Origin: Phyllosticta citribraziliensis
Taxonomy: Eukaryota
Assembly (NCBI RefSeq): GCF_038025025.1
Contig: NW_027117341.1
Span: forward strand, 1,984,001 to 2,048,000
DNA length: 64,000 nucleotides
Direction of reading: 5' to 3'
In this document: in pieces, positions 39,801 to 51,653 of the stretch
Layout: each line of letters starts with the position of its first letter
Numbering within the stretch: position 1 is the first letter of the stretch
The notes under the pieces: model-generated
The model's input: only the letters and a program-made list of their open reading frames with translations
Databases searched by the model: none
Told to the model about the DNA's origin: nothing
Translations under genes and position numbers: made by a program

Positions 39801-41089
39801 GTGGGGTGGTTGAAGAAGCGGTTCACCTTGTCGTAGTCGTAACGCGTGAATCCTCCCGGCTTGTTGTTGTCGCCCATCTGGTGGATGCTGGACATGTGCC
39901 AGTCACCCTGGCCGCAACACGCAGGGAGCAGTCGAGCGAGGAGAGACTCGTCGTGGGTGCAAGGAGCAGTCGACCGAGTGACGGTGCTCCATTGGCACTG
40001 GTTAGAATCTGTTAAGGCTGTCAGTACACAGATGGATCAAGAGCTTTGGGAGGCTGGTGACGAACTCTTAAATGAAGGCGCACACCGTAGGGGATGTCGA
40101 TAAAATCGACGCGCGTACCCGCACCCTCGGTGAGGAGGAGAAGGTGGTGAGCGCGGTCTGCAGACCTGCGGTGTTACTACATGGCCAAGTCAAGGTCATG
40201 AAGGAGGATCACATACCTTTGGGCGTAGCCCTTGCTGGGCATGGCCGACGATGATGAATTCTTTCGCGGTCGCAGGGTTGTTGCCTTCAACCGGAGGGAT
40301 GTCAGAACGAGTCTGCTGGGTGCTGAATCTGGAGCTTGACTTACCTGGACCTGAGGATCGGGATCGTATCCACCGTGCCAGCTCAAGCTGGCCTGCAGCC
40401 AGAAGAGCAGCGAGCTGGGGTTGGGGTTGGGGGATGAAGAGTTGAAGAGGGAGGGAGAGTCGCGGAGTCATGGAAGTGGGAAGAGGCAGCTGGACGTGGG
40501 TGGATCTGCTGACCCAGTCCCGCGCCCCTCCCCTCGGCAAGCGTCATTGGTCGACAGCTACAGATCACCCAGGCAATGACCTGCGCGCCGTTCACTTCCG
40601 TTACTGCAGGCAGTAGTCCCGAGTCAACCGGTTGGGGACATGCGTGAAGCGAAAGTGACGATATCACCGCGCACTGGGAGCATGCGAATGCAGGTGCTTG
40701 GAAGCATTTGGAGGATACATGAAAGCTTTTAGATGGGGTACTGGGCTCGCATCCGCAAGCAGGTGGATAGAGAATTTGTGGGATGTTCCGTGGGAGCCAG
40801 TCTGCAACGACTTTTGACCGCAGGGACCACTGCATGATTGTTGCATCCACTTACGACTATTGAAAGACCCTTTAACGGAAGAGAAGGGGAATTGGCATTT
40901 ACAGGACTGTAGAGCACAGCAAACTGGTGTTGTGCGCGCCACCCAGCGGAGAGTCGCGTCGTTGGGTAGACCCCTGGCGGGCCCTCCCACGCACCCTCAC
41001 AAACACTTCGCACCCTTCAACGCAGCACGACGACAGCACCATCCAAACCCCGATCCCACCTCCAACCAGACGCTTTGCAAGCTTTGTAA

Positions 41090-41672
41090 ATGTCTCCTCT
41101 CACGTTCCTGCTGCAATTGAGAGTCAATGAGCTAATGCGCTCGTCCAAAGCAGCCATCTCCAAACCTCCTCCCTCCAAACCCTCTCCCAAGACCAGACCT
41201 TCCCCCAATCGCACGAGAATGGTGAGTATACCTCTCCCTTGAGCCCTCCTGAGATCCCGTCAGTGCAGTAGCTAACCATTGATCTCCGCGCCAGCAGTCC
41301 TCCGCCAGCTCCGCCGCCAACCACCAGCCCGAAGAGGGCATGGAGCTCCAGGAGTTCCATCCTCCCACGCCTCCTCCTCGCCGCCGCCCCCTCCACCAGC
41401 CTCCCCCTCCCGACTGGGTCGGCGAGGGCTTCGCCGCGCCGCCTCGCAGCTCCTCCCCGCTCATCCACACGAGCTGGGGCATGACGTACACGCCTGACGG
41501 CCGCAGCTTCAACTACACGCTGCTGCCCCAGGAGGAGCAGGACGAGTGGCGCGGAAGGGTCCGCGTCGACAGGAAGCGCAGCTGCTTGGTCGTTGTCGTG
41601 TCGTTGCTCGTTGCGGGCTTGATCGTGGCGGCCGTTCTCCTCGTCGTCAGGGCCATGAAGAAGATGGGTTGA
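41090..41672 (+). CDS. Small Pro-rich protein with a C-terminal TM helix
   Basis: GTGAGT(41222)..GCTAAC..CAG intron in frame; ends KRSCLVVVVSLLVAGLIVAAVLLVVRAMKKMG*; start uncertain. Confidence 0.6.
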
Positions 41673-42109
41673 GCCGGGGCTCGAGCATTGCAGTCCGGAA
41701 AAGGCTGCTTGGGATCACAAAAGGCATAGAAATTTACAATGGGTAGCGCAATCAACGAGTTTGTGGCGCAATGGCTAGCTTTCCTGACCAAGTGAAACAA
41801 GGGGTGTCCGGGAAGCTTGGAGATTCGTCCAAATGGACTGAGGCGTGCTTGGACACGTGGTAAATCACAGTTGCAAACAGTATTGGAGGGTGACCATGAA
41901 TTAGGTTGTTATGCTAGCTGACCATTTGCCCCCACTGAGTTCCTCGAAGCGCGGTTAAGCAGCAGACCCATTTTAAGTTGCCTTGTACCTCCCAAGCCAG
42001 CGCAATACATTGAATCTTCGTACGAAGGATATTCAGCACATCGTTGATCGAGGTATTCTGCTCTTCAACAGGCTCAGAGTCGAAGGTGAAAGCGCTGGCA
42101 ACTTCAGTG

Positions 42110-43000
42110 TCAACGTCGTTGAGTGGCAGAGGGAATGTGTCTGGAGATCGTAAATGCCCGAAGGCAAGGTGTGGATGGCGCCGAAGAAGGCAGGTGAAAC
42201 TCGGGCTGGTGTCTGGCCACCAACATGGTGGGAGGGGTGTCGATGGCCGTGGATTCGACGGCATTGAGCGAGGACTCGGCTGGCCGCAGGGGGGCTTGGT
42301 GCAGGAGGGCCGCCGTAGGTGTTAATCCACGAGACCAATTCCCTGGCTGCGCCTCTTCTGTTCGGCGGAAGGACGAAGCAAGCCTCGCTGGATTTCGACC
42401 GCCCGACACCCAGTGGGTGGTCTGGGATTTGGTAGTGAAAGGCCCTGTCTCCCCGTCAGTATTCTGTTCAAATTTCAAAAAGAGCACAACTAAGACTCAC
42501 CCCAGACCCACTCCACTGGGAATTTGGAAGAACCCAGGTGTCGAGGGCTTCGACTAGAAGCTCGGCACTGGGCCTGTGATCCTCAAGTCAGCTTTATTCA
42601 TCAGCAAAGTGAATCAACAAGACTTACCAAGACAGAGATGATGCCACCAAGGCCTCCTGCGTCCCCCCGGGCAGAATTATGGGGGAGGAGCAGGAGGCGG
42701 CCCAGTGCAGTTGGTCCCATTGCCCGCCGGCCTCGGTCGGCGACAGGCCACGAAACGAGCTGGTTTCATCAAGTCAGTCCGATGCGTTGAGCTGAGCGTC
42801 TGCGGGGTTACTTACCATGTCGAAGAAGGGGAAGTGATCTGGCACTCCGGAGGAGCGCAAAGAAAGCACCAGAAGGAAAGCAGGCGCTCGCAAGGCAAGG
42901 CGCAGAGCGCGCGAATGCTCCAGAGGAACTGCGATTGGCCGTCAGTCTTCCGAATGTCGAAAGGGCATGCAGAAGAGAGACTTACCAAACAGTGCGATGA
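42110..43000 (-). other. Four-intron spliced transcription unit with a 180-codon orphan ORF (ATG 42818)
   Basis: Canonical 54-57-nt introns at 42929-42985, 42760-42815, 42574-42627 and 42445-42500. Confidence 0.5.
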
Positions 43001-44594
43001 TGCCAGCAAGGCCCCCCGCCCACCTTTTGTAACGAGTGGTGAGTCGGAGGGCCAGTCAACTCGTGCCGTGCTCTGGAAGGCCTCGGGCCCCAGTTCGACA
43101 CGCAGTCGCACGAGGAGCGTTCGATCGTTGAGGGGAAAAGGGTATCTCAAGAAGGAGGTTGAGTTGATGGATGTTGGTGATGAGGTTGTTGAGTGGGAAC
43201 GGAGCGGAAGGATGATGAAGAGGGGAGAGAAGAGGTGGGAGGGGGCCCTTCAAGTACCCATGCGGCGGCGCCAACCCAAGGCACTCCGACTCATCACGTC
43301 CATGAACGCACCAATGGAAGCAACCATGACGTGCGTCGACTGACCATCCACCAATCAGGCACTGTCTGTTCCAATTCCCGAGCTTCCACCTGCCGCAATT
43401 GCAGGCAGCAGGTGAAGAATCAGAAGTGAGCAGAAGCGAATCAGGCGATCAAGTGACTGCAGCGTCTATGGGAAGAGCTGAGCAGGTTACGGATGGGGTT
43501 ACAAATGGCATCGGGACGCCCCAGTCCGAGGCACACTTGTGCTGTAGAAGGCATCTCCGAGGTCCCCGACCAGTTCACACAACTTGCTCAGGTACATTTG
43601 ATGCTGTTCGAACTACTTGCATGGGCTAAAAAAGTACATTGATTATGTAACAAACTGATTGGAAGAATCTCGCGTGCGTCGCGTTGTCTCAAAGCTTCAG
43701 TTTTACGCAAGCGCGGCAGAGCGTTTGTTCGTCCACACAAAGCACCAGTCCATGCAATTAACTGTGCGAAGTATATTTGTCCAAGCCGTCGTTCGCTCCG
43801 CGCTGCCAGTATTGCTTGTAGATGCTTCCAAAAGCGCTCGATCGATGGGAGACGCTTCGCGGGAGTTGGAATCTTGGAAACCTCGAGAATACTTGGACAG
43901 AAAAGGTTCCAGGAGTCTCTGAGCGGACATTCACCGCAATCAGCCTTCTCGCAAAGTCTCGGAGGAGGGAGACGCTTGGAGAGAGACTCAGAGCGCCGTT
44001 GGACCGACGAGCCTCCCTGCCACTGTGACCGCAACCGCGCTGACTGTCTCCCCCTTGTGCAAGCCCTGAACACGATACCCCTCCAATATTTTTCTTAAAG
44101 GAGTGTTTGAGCGCATGTGGTTCGTCGCGAGCGCAGTTGACAAATGGGGCGAGTATTGCGCAGTCCCGTGGTCTGAAAGTCGGTCTTGGGCGTGAAGGAG
44201 GACGAACAGGATGTGTAGAGCATGGAAGGCGACGACTGCTGCTTCGAAGTACGACGTAACGAAAGGTTTCTGTGAGCGTTGTGTGCTGGGAATCTGAGAG
44301 CCGTGAGGAACAACCGAGTCATGCGTGGAGTAGCAGTGTTCCCGCCTGGCAGAATTGCGACCTCGCCAGATCATTCCATCCTCGTTTCCAATGTCTTCCT
44401 TCGCGATGCTTCTACAGGAGGATCTTCATTAATCCACAAAATCCATGCACGAGTCACTTTGCAAGAAGTAATTCCGATCTTTCAGTCCGTTGTCATTGAA
44501 GGGGCCCAGTTCCCCGATTGAATCTACCCTGGACTGGCCGCTAACATGTGTCAAAGCCGGCAGGGCCGGCAACGAATCCCCCGAAAAGGAATGC

Positions 44595-45245
44595 TCAGCG
44601 GGCCGAGCCCGAAGAGCGCACCTCCTGCTTGGGCTTGTCGCCCTCTTCGTCGTCGTTGTCGTCGTCGTCGTCGTCCTCATCGTCGTCCTCGTCCTCGTCC
44701 TCCTCTTCCTCTTCCTCCTCCTCCTCCTCCGACAAGGGCTCGTCCTCGTCCTCCGTGATCATGTTGTCGGGACCGGCGTGGTCCGACTGTCCGTCGTCGC
44801 AGACAGACTTGACAAGGTTGAGGAGGGCGCCCTCCTCGCCTTCGGTCAGCGCGCCCTGGGCGGCTCGGAGCACCAACTCCACGATGTCGGCGTTGGTGTG
44901 CTGGTCACACCGCTTAGCTGAGGGAATATTGGAGGGCTGGGGAGAGCTTACGTCGGGGAGAGCGGGAATGAGGCCAAGGGCCATGGCGCCCTCCTCGCTC
45001 AGGGCCATGCGGCGCTGGAGCCGCTCCCACGCGGGCCAGCGCTCCTTTTGAAATGTTAGCGAATGGCAATGGTATGGTTCAGGGAGGCAAGATCATACCA
45101 GATTGCGAGTGATGTCGGTGGAGAAGCCGACGAAGTGGCGCTGTTCCTCCGCCGTGAGAGGCGGGCTGCTCCTGATGACCTCGGAGAAGTTCGCGAATTG
45201 ACGCTGCTCCTCTTCGGTGAGACGGGGACCGGATGGGGAAGACAT
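44595..45245 (-). CDS. Small protein with a long acidic (D/E) tail
   Basis: MSSPSGPRLTEEEQRQFANF..RNL|ERWPAWERLQRRMAL..; GTATGA..GCTAAC..AAG intron; TATAAAA about 130 bp upstream. Confidence 0.65.
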
Positions 45246-45894
45246 GGTGGTTTTCGGTGGTCTTGGAGGAGAAGAAATGGCGGTCTCTGTGTTGGGATAG
45301 AGGCAGGTATGGAGGTTGAAGGTTGAGCGGTGGTGTCACTTTGTGATGGGTGTCGGCGAACTCTGTGAAATTTTATACCGGGTTTCGCAGCGCGGTCCGA
45401 GGAGGACAGTACTGTCCAGTGCATTTGATAGATGACCACTCCATAGCTTAAATCGCATCAATGATCCCAGCAAATCACACTAGATTTTACTTTGAATTCC
45501 TTGAATAAGAATGGGATCTTGGAGCGGTTTGTTCAGTTGACAGACGAGGTACGGTCCACGCGGCAGGTTCTTTGTTCGAGGGACTACGCGATTCAACCAA
45601 CGTCTATGTATTTGAGGTTGGAAAGTTACTCTGATGCTGATCTGACTGCCCCTGTATCTCTCTTTCGACCCAGGCGTGAGATGAGATGCGGTCAATGGCA
45701 CCACGACAACTTGCAACTTCAAAATGCGCAGGGATGAATTCTTTGCAGACGACTTAGTTGCCCGACCGGATCGTGTAAGTAGTAGAGCAGAAAATCCTCA
45801 TTCTCCTCCTCCTCCTCCTCCTCCTCCTCCTCTTCTGTGATTCCCTTAGATGTCCTGTTTTGCTCCACCTACTTGTCAGGAAAGAGGGCCAGGA

Positions 45895-46330
45895 CAAGGT
45901 GCTATCGACCACGAAGTTGCCGAGGCGCAAAGTCTTGACAGAGAAACTGTCTGATGGGACGCTGCTGGCGCGGACGGTGTTGCGCGCGTATGCCATGCTA
46001 AGATGGTCGAGATACTCGCCGTATCCGTGAACATGGTGCAACATGCCCTTTTCCACGTTGAGATGGTCCAGATACTCGCCATATCCACTCACATGGTGCA
46101 ATATGCCCTTACCGACAAGGTGCTGTCGACCACGGAGTTGCCGAGGCGCACAGTCTTGACAGAGAACTGTCTGATGGGACGCTGCTGGCGCGGATGGTGT
46201 TGCGCGCATATGCCATGCTAAGATGGTCGAGATACTCGCCGTATACGTGAACGCGGTGCAACATGCCCTTGTCCATGCTGAGGTGGTCGAGGTATTCACC
46301 AACGCCGTCAACATGGTGCAACATTCCCTT
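45895..46330. repeat. Two ~221-bp tandem units, each with two ~60-bp subunits
   Basis: caaggtgct(a/g)tcgaccacg near 45895 and 46116; agatggtcgagatactcgcc..atggtgcaacatgccctt occurs four times. Confidence 0.85.
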
Positions 46331-49300
46331 TCCTTCGACTGGCTTGAAGCCTGAAAAGTCAAGGGAGTCTGTATTGTGGCCAAGTTAGTAGCAGTTCTAG
46401 AAATCTGCGACACAGCACTCCTTACCCGAAATCTGTTGTAGTAGCCATTGGCCCCGTCGTTGTGGAGCAGAGTTGGCTGCATCATGGAGCATATTGAGAT
46501 GCGCATTGTATTCCTCCTTCAGCCAGGCCTTCAAAGCACCAATCGCTTCATCAGAAGCCCCGAGACTGGGCCAGCCATACCATTGGAAGACGGTGGTTTC
46601 TGCAAGACCGCTCAGACCACCGAAGGGACAGGTAGATGGTTCTTGGGGCTTGACGTCAAATGTGACTGCGTTATGTCGTTGGGAAAAGAGGGCGGCCGTG
46701 CTATGCTGGCGTTGCTGTCAGCAAAATGTGCCTTCTGGGAATGCACGAAGGACTCACCTGGAACGGTTTGACAGGGGACGAGGTACTGGCCCTCCACCAT
46801 GTACGTCTTGCCGCCATCAAGCAAAGAGCGCAAAGTGGGATCTGGTGCAGCATCGCTCATGCCAGGATGATGGAATCCCAGCTAGTCAGATCGGAACAGC
46901 TCTGCACCGTACGATCCGTGCTTCTCAGAGTTGAAGTTGTCGGCCGCGTACTTTTGCTCGGGTGTAAGACCGCCCAGGCTGGCGAGCGTCACAGCTTTGA
47001 CGAGGCCTTTGCCGTTGGGAGCAAAGAGGCAGCTTTGGGATCAGTCAGCTTGGGTGGTCTGTCTCAAGATGGAGCTCAACTTACGCGAGCCAGATGTAGG
47101 CGTTGGGTGCGAGTTTCACAATGTCCTTTACTGATCCCAAGTCGAAGTGGCTTGTGAGAGCTTCGAGTCCTCTTGCGAAGACCGGCCCTGCAGTTCTGGC
47201 GCTCCAGCAGCACAACTTGGACTTGATCGATCCGACTGGACCAACGGAAGAGATGGTGTAGATTCTGAACGAGAGTGGGCAAAAGTAAAGATGACGGGTA
47301 GAGGATGACAGATCGACGAGGTGGTTGTGGGAGTTGAGTCGGGGGGGCGGCCGGGGGTCAGCGATGGGAACGACAGCTGGCAGGCCCTTGCGCACCTAAC
47401 CCAATTGGGACTCTCTCCATCTTTGGGCAGCTTCATTCAAGGACGAAAAGATCCGGCGCATCCTTTACGCGCTGAATTTGAGCAGGAATCCTTCGCCATC
47501 TTCGTGCGAGGTCGACTTTCTTCACAATTCTTGACTTCCCACGGACTTCTCCAGCAAGGACTCTTAAAGGGTACATCGCCATAGCAGGCTTGCTGGCAAG
47601 CATCCAAGGTCCCTTTCAAACGCTCTGAGCTTGCTTCAGGGAGACAGTGACTAACACGCTTCAGCCTGCCAATTTACTGGACGATTCCAGAAAAGTCCAC
47701 CAAGAACGACGCAATCCAATGCACGAAATCCGTTGAACCAAAGACGAGGGCACGCACAAGGACACACTACAGCACTACTGTTACTGGCGGAGCGGCGATC
47801 AAGCCTCCCGAGGCTCTGAAGAGCTGCACATTGATATGGGACACGATGGGTGGCTGGGGAAGGATTCGGAGAACAAAGCGACCTGCAAGGAAACAACCAG
47901 AGTTACCTCCAGCCGTTTGCCTCCAGCTACTGCTGTTCGAGAAATCCCACAACGGCTGCAGTATATGCCTGCGACGAGCCTTTACTTCTAGAGAATCTCC
48001 CGGGTGCTCTGGCCGTGGAATTCACTACTGCTACCGAACGGAAATCTCTCAGACAGGCCCTAGCGTCTAAATCGCTGTAGAACAACCATTTCGGATACCA
48101 CGGAGCGAAGCTAACAAAACAACGTGAAAGAATTGCCCCTGGCCATCCTTGCCCGTCCTCGTAGTCCGCAGGTCTTGAGCTACGCCCCATCGCGTTTGCT
48201 CCAGCTTTCAAAGTATTCTGGCCCATCCTTATGCGCACCTATCGCTCATCGGTCTCCATATTCAGGCGGAATGGTTGTAACAAGACTGTAGTCGATATCT
48301 TGGATGTTTCGTAGGGATGCGCAGAGCGATCAGCAAGCAGGGGAGCGAGGGAGCCGTCTGGGCCGCCAGCTGTTGACGACGACCAGATCCACATCCTCTG
48401 GAGTTGCGAGGGGACCGCTTGGAATGGGGATGGTCCCATATCCGAATATCGTCCATGCGGGGCTGCATTTCTTTGTTTGGTCATTCGATCGAGCTGGAAC
48501 TTTGCTTTGGGGGGCGTTCTTTTCTTGGGCAACAGCCCGGCCAGCTCCTACGTGTTAGGAGCGAGTCCTGAGAGTCCAGAGTGCGCGTAATAATATGATG
48601 CCAATCGATTCTCGAAGGAAACGCCGTCCTCGTTGCAAAGTTGTTCTGCAAATATCCCTGTCTTGAGACGACGTACCGTACTCTCTAGTATGCTTCAACA
48701 AGGCGCTCGGTCCCCGCTGCTGCAGAGCAACGGACGATGTTTCGTTGGCAGGGCATGGCGGGTGGCGTGAGCCTGGAAGATTCCAAAGAAGTGACGGGAT
48801 TCCGTAAGGCGCTGAAGAAAGTACCTGTTTCCCATCGGCTTCAGGAGGTGACTACTCCTGCTGTTTCCTTCCCTTGTGATCAAGATGGTTCCGGCCTGTT
48901 CGACGTAGACCTAAATGCTTGTGTAGTCTTGTGGTAGCCATCGACAGGGTCGGGCGTTGTGTTTTGAGTCGGTGGCTCGAGTCGGTGGCTGCGCTGTTGG
49001 CTGTGATCTTGGAGATTGGATTCACTTGCGAAGAGGAGACGCAAGAAGATGACCTGCACAAATGGAACGCCCCCCAGGAGTGGAGGAGATTCCTGTCAAC
49101 GTACGGTAGATAGGGTCTGGAGGGGCGACGAGATTTGACGTGGAGAGGAATTCAGGGTCCAAAAAAGAGTGCCCGCGGACATCGCACGCAGCGACATGAC
49201 TCAGGTTTCTTGCAGCCTCGCTGGATCAAAATCCACCAGCGATCCCAGAAGACCACCGCGCGTTTTGTCGCGAACCATTCTTGCATCTCAGTGCGACAGA

Positions 49301-51080
49301 TTTCTGCCCCGTTGCACTCGGGAGTACAGTTTGGCTGCGCACAGAGCAGCCTACGTCAAATTTGGATCCTCTTCGACCCTCGGAGCACCACGAGCTCCTC
49401 CAAGTCCCCTGACGGTTTGCGCTCGCTCCAACATCGACCAAATGGCCCGTGGTAAGTGGATGTCCTACTGAGAGAACATATTATTGACGGTCTTCAGTTT
49501 TCCACTCAGCAGACGCAGCGCGCGCGGCCTCAAAGGTCAAGGATCCACCCACTGCCTTCACCTGACCCTCCACACCGCAGTCGAGCGAGTGCCGGACACA
49601 AGCACTTCTGGCGTATTGACCGCGTCAGAATACACATCTGGGCCCGAAATTCGAGGATACGACGGCTGCCGACACTCCTCCGCTCCTCTTTGGACTGCGC
49701 TTGGATTTCGACCCCTGGAGACGAGACATGGCGCCGATCACACAATTTGGGGGTACCAGGACGCGGAAAGGTCGACAGCATCCATCGAAGGCCCTTGGAG
49801 ACATCGAGGATCGACAGTGTTGGGGAAGAAACAGGTTGACAGGATCCATCAACCGTCGCGGGAAACGCCATGGGTCTCAGCATTTCGACGAGTTCGAGCG
49901 AGCCGGTGTGCCGACGCATGTCCCTATCCGAATGGTTCTTCAAGGTTTGGGACTGCATGTACCCATTAGAGCATTGCACTAGGACCCTTCCACGATCCTT
50001 TACCTCTATCGACTTTCTCCGTCACTGCTTGTCCCGCACAACTGTCAACGCACGGGCCCTTGAACGCGCGGACCGTGCGTTTTGGTTTAAACCGAATAGG
50101 CAGTTTTGGGCCTGGGACTTCGCTAGCGCGGTAGCAAGCTCTGGTGACCAAAGGAAGAGGTATTTCGGCTTTCTGAGAGGCTCCATGACTTCCTGGAAGG
50201 ATTTGGAGCCTGCCAGCCCAGAATCACCCGATCAAGGGCAGGGAACGGGAGGCTATTCGGCAGCACATTGCGTGAGGCCATTCCTTCGCTGGATCTTTCG
50301 AATCTGGGCAGCTGTGGTACACCAAGCTGACAAAAAAACAGCAGTGCACATCCGAATTGAGTCTGGAGGGCGTGAGACCCTTGATCTGGCCCCGGGCTGA
50401 CCTATCTTCAAATGCTTGTCCAAGCATGAACCCGTCGTCGCGGCCCACTCCGTACTACTCTTTCTTTCCTTGTTGGAGGTATTCCACTCAGTTAGAGGCT
50501 CCACACACACTGAGCTGCCGTTTCTCTAGCCACACTCTCCATCACAAGCGCGTTCTGGAATCAATCGGAACAAGCCAATTGCCAGCAATCGGTGGAGCTG
50601 GGACCCCCTGGATTTCGTCAGCCAGGCGCAAGAACACGGAGCCCAATGACCAGTCATCTTGGTTCGATGTGTCGCTCCCCAGCTCCACGAATGGTGGGTG
50701 GTGCTTTTCTTGAAAAGAATGAGGTTGGAGAGGGCGGTGAACATTTCGGCTAAAGCCCTGCTCTACCGGCAGACCCCAGCTCCACTCGAGCCCCTTGAGG
50801 AAAAGCGTGCGATAGCGCCGACGGCTTAAATCCAACGTCGCCGACGACCTCGCTCCTGCAAAAGCTTAGATAAAGCCGACGCATATGCATGACAGCGCGA
50901 TTTCAGAGCGGGGCGGATACGCCCTACGCCCTGTCTTGGCTACAAGACAACTTTCCCGCTATATAAGCTTAGCTGGCCTCAATTGACGTCCGTTTCCGAA
51001 ACCTCCGTTTGCTGCAACAGATCCAAAGCTCGTCGCTATTCCTCTTGAAATTTTACAGCTCCGTCTACTCCATAGTCATC

Positions 51081-51653
51081 ATGCCGGCCAAGGTTGCGAT
51101 TCTCACCAAAAACGCTCCCCCGCCGTTGCCCGGCGTCCTGTCTCAGGGCATCGTTGCCAATGGCACCGTCTTCTGCTCCGGCCAGGTCGCCGTAGACCCC
51201 GCCACTGGCAAGATGGTTGAGGGCGACATCGCAGCACGCACGGTATGTCTCCGTCTTCTCTCCGCCGCATTCCGCGCTTCTGACTGAGCCGCACCGTAAA
51301 ACGCGCGGGAACAAACGCAGGAGTAATCACGGGGACGCTCGCTAACTACTCCTGCAGCACCGAGTCATCAAGAACCTGCAAGCGGTCTTGGAGGCTGCGG
51401 GCACCACCATCGAAAATGTCGTCAAGGTCAACGTCTTCATTGACAACATGGACAACTTTGCCAAAATGAACGAGGTCTATATGCAGTACTGGGGTGACGT
51501 CAAGCCGTGCCGGACGTACGTATCCCCCAGCCATTTCCTCCATATTTTGCCCCTTTCGAACCGACGCTTATTTTGTATCCCAGATGTGTTGCCGTCAAGA
51601 CTCTCCCGCTCGGCACCGACGTCGAGATTGAGTGCACCGCGGTCCTGCCGTAG
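51081..51653 (+). CDS. RidA/YjgF/YER057c/UK114 family protein (Mmf1/Hmf1-like)
   Basis: SQGIVANGTVFCSGQ, VVKVNVFIDNMDNFAKMNEVY, KPCRT|CVAVKTLPLGTDVEIEC; two introns. Confidence 0.93.

Noticed and set aside
48730..50400. Coding-like fragments and weak ~70-bp repeats
   Set aside because: No recognisable domain and the repeats are too degenerate to define by eye
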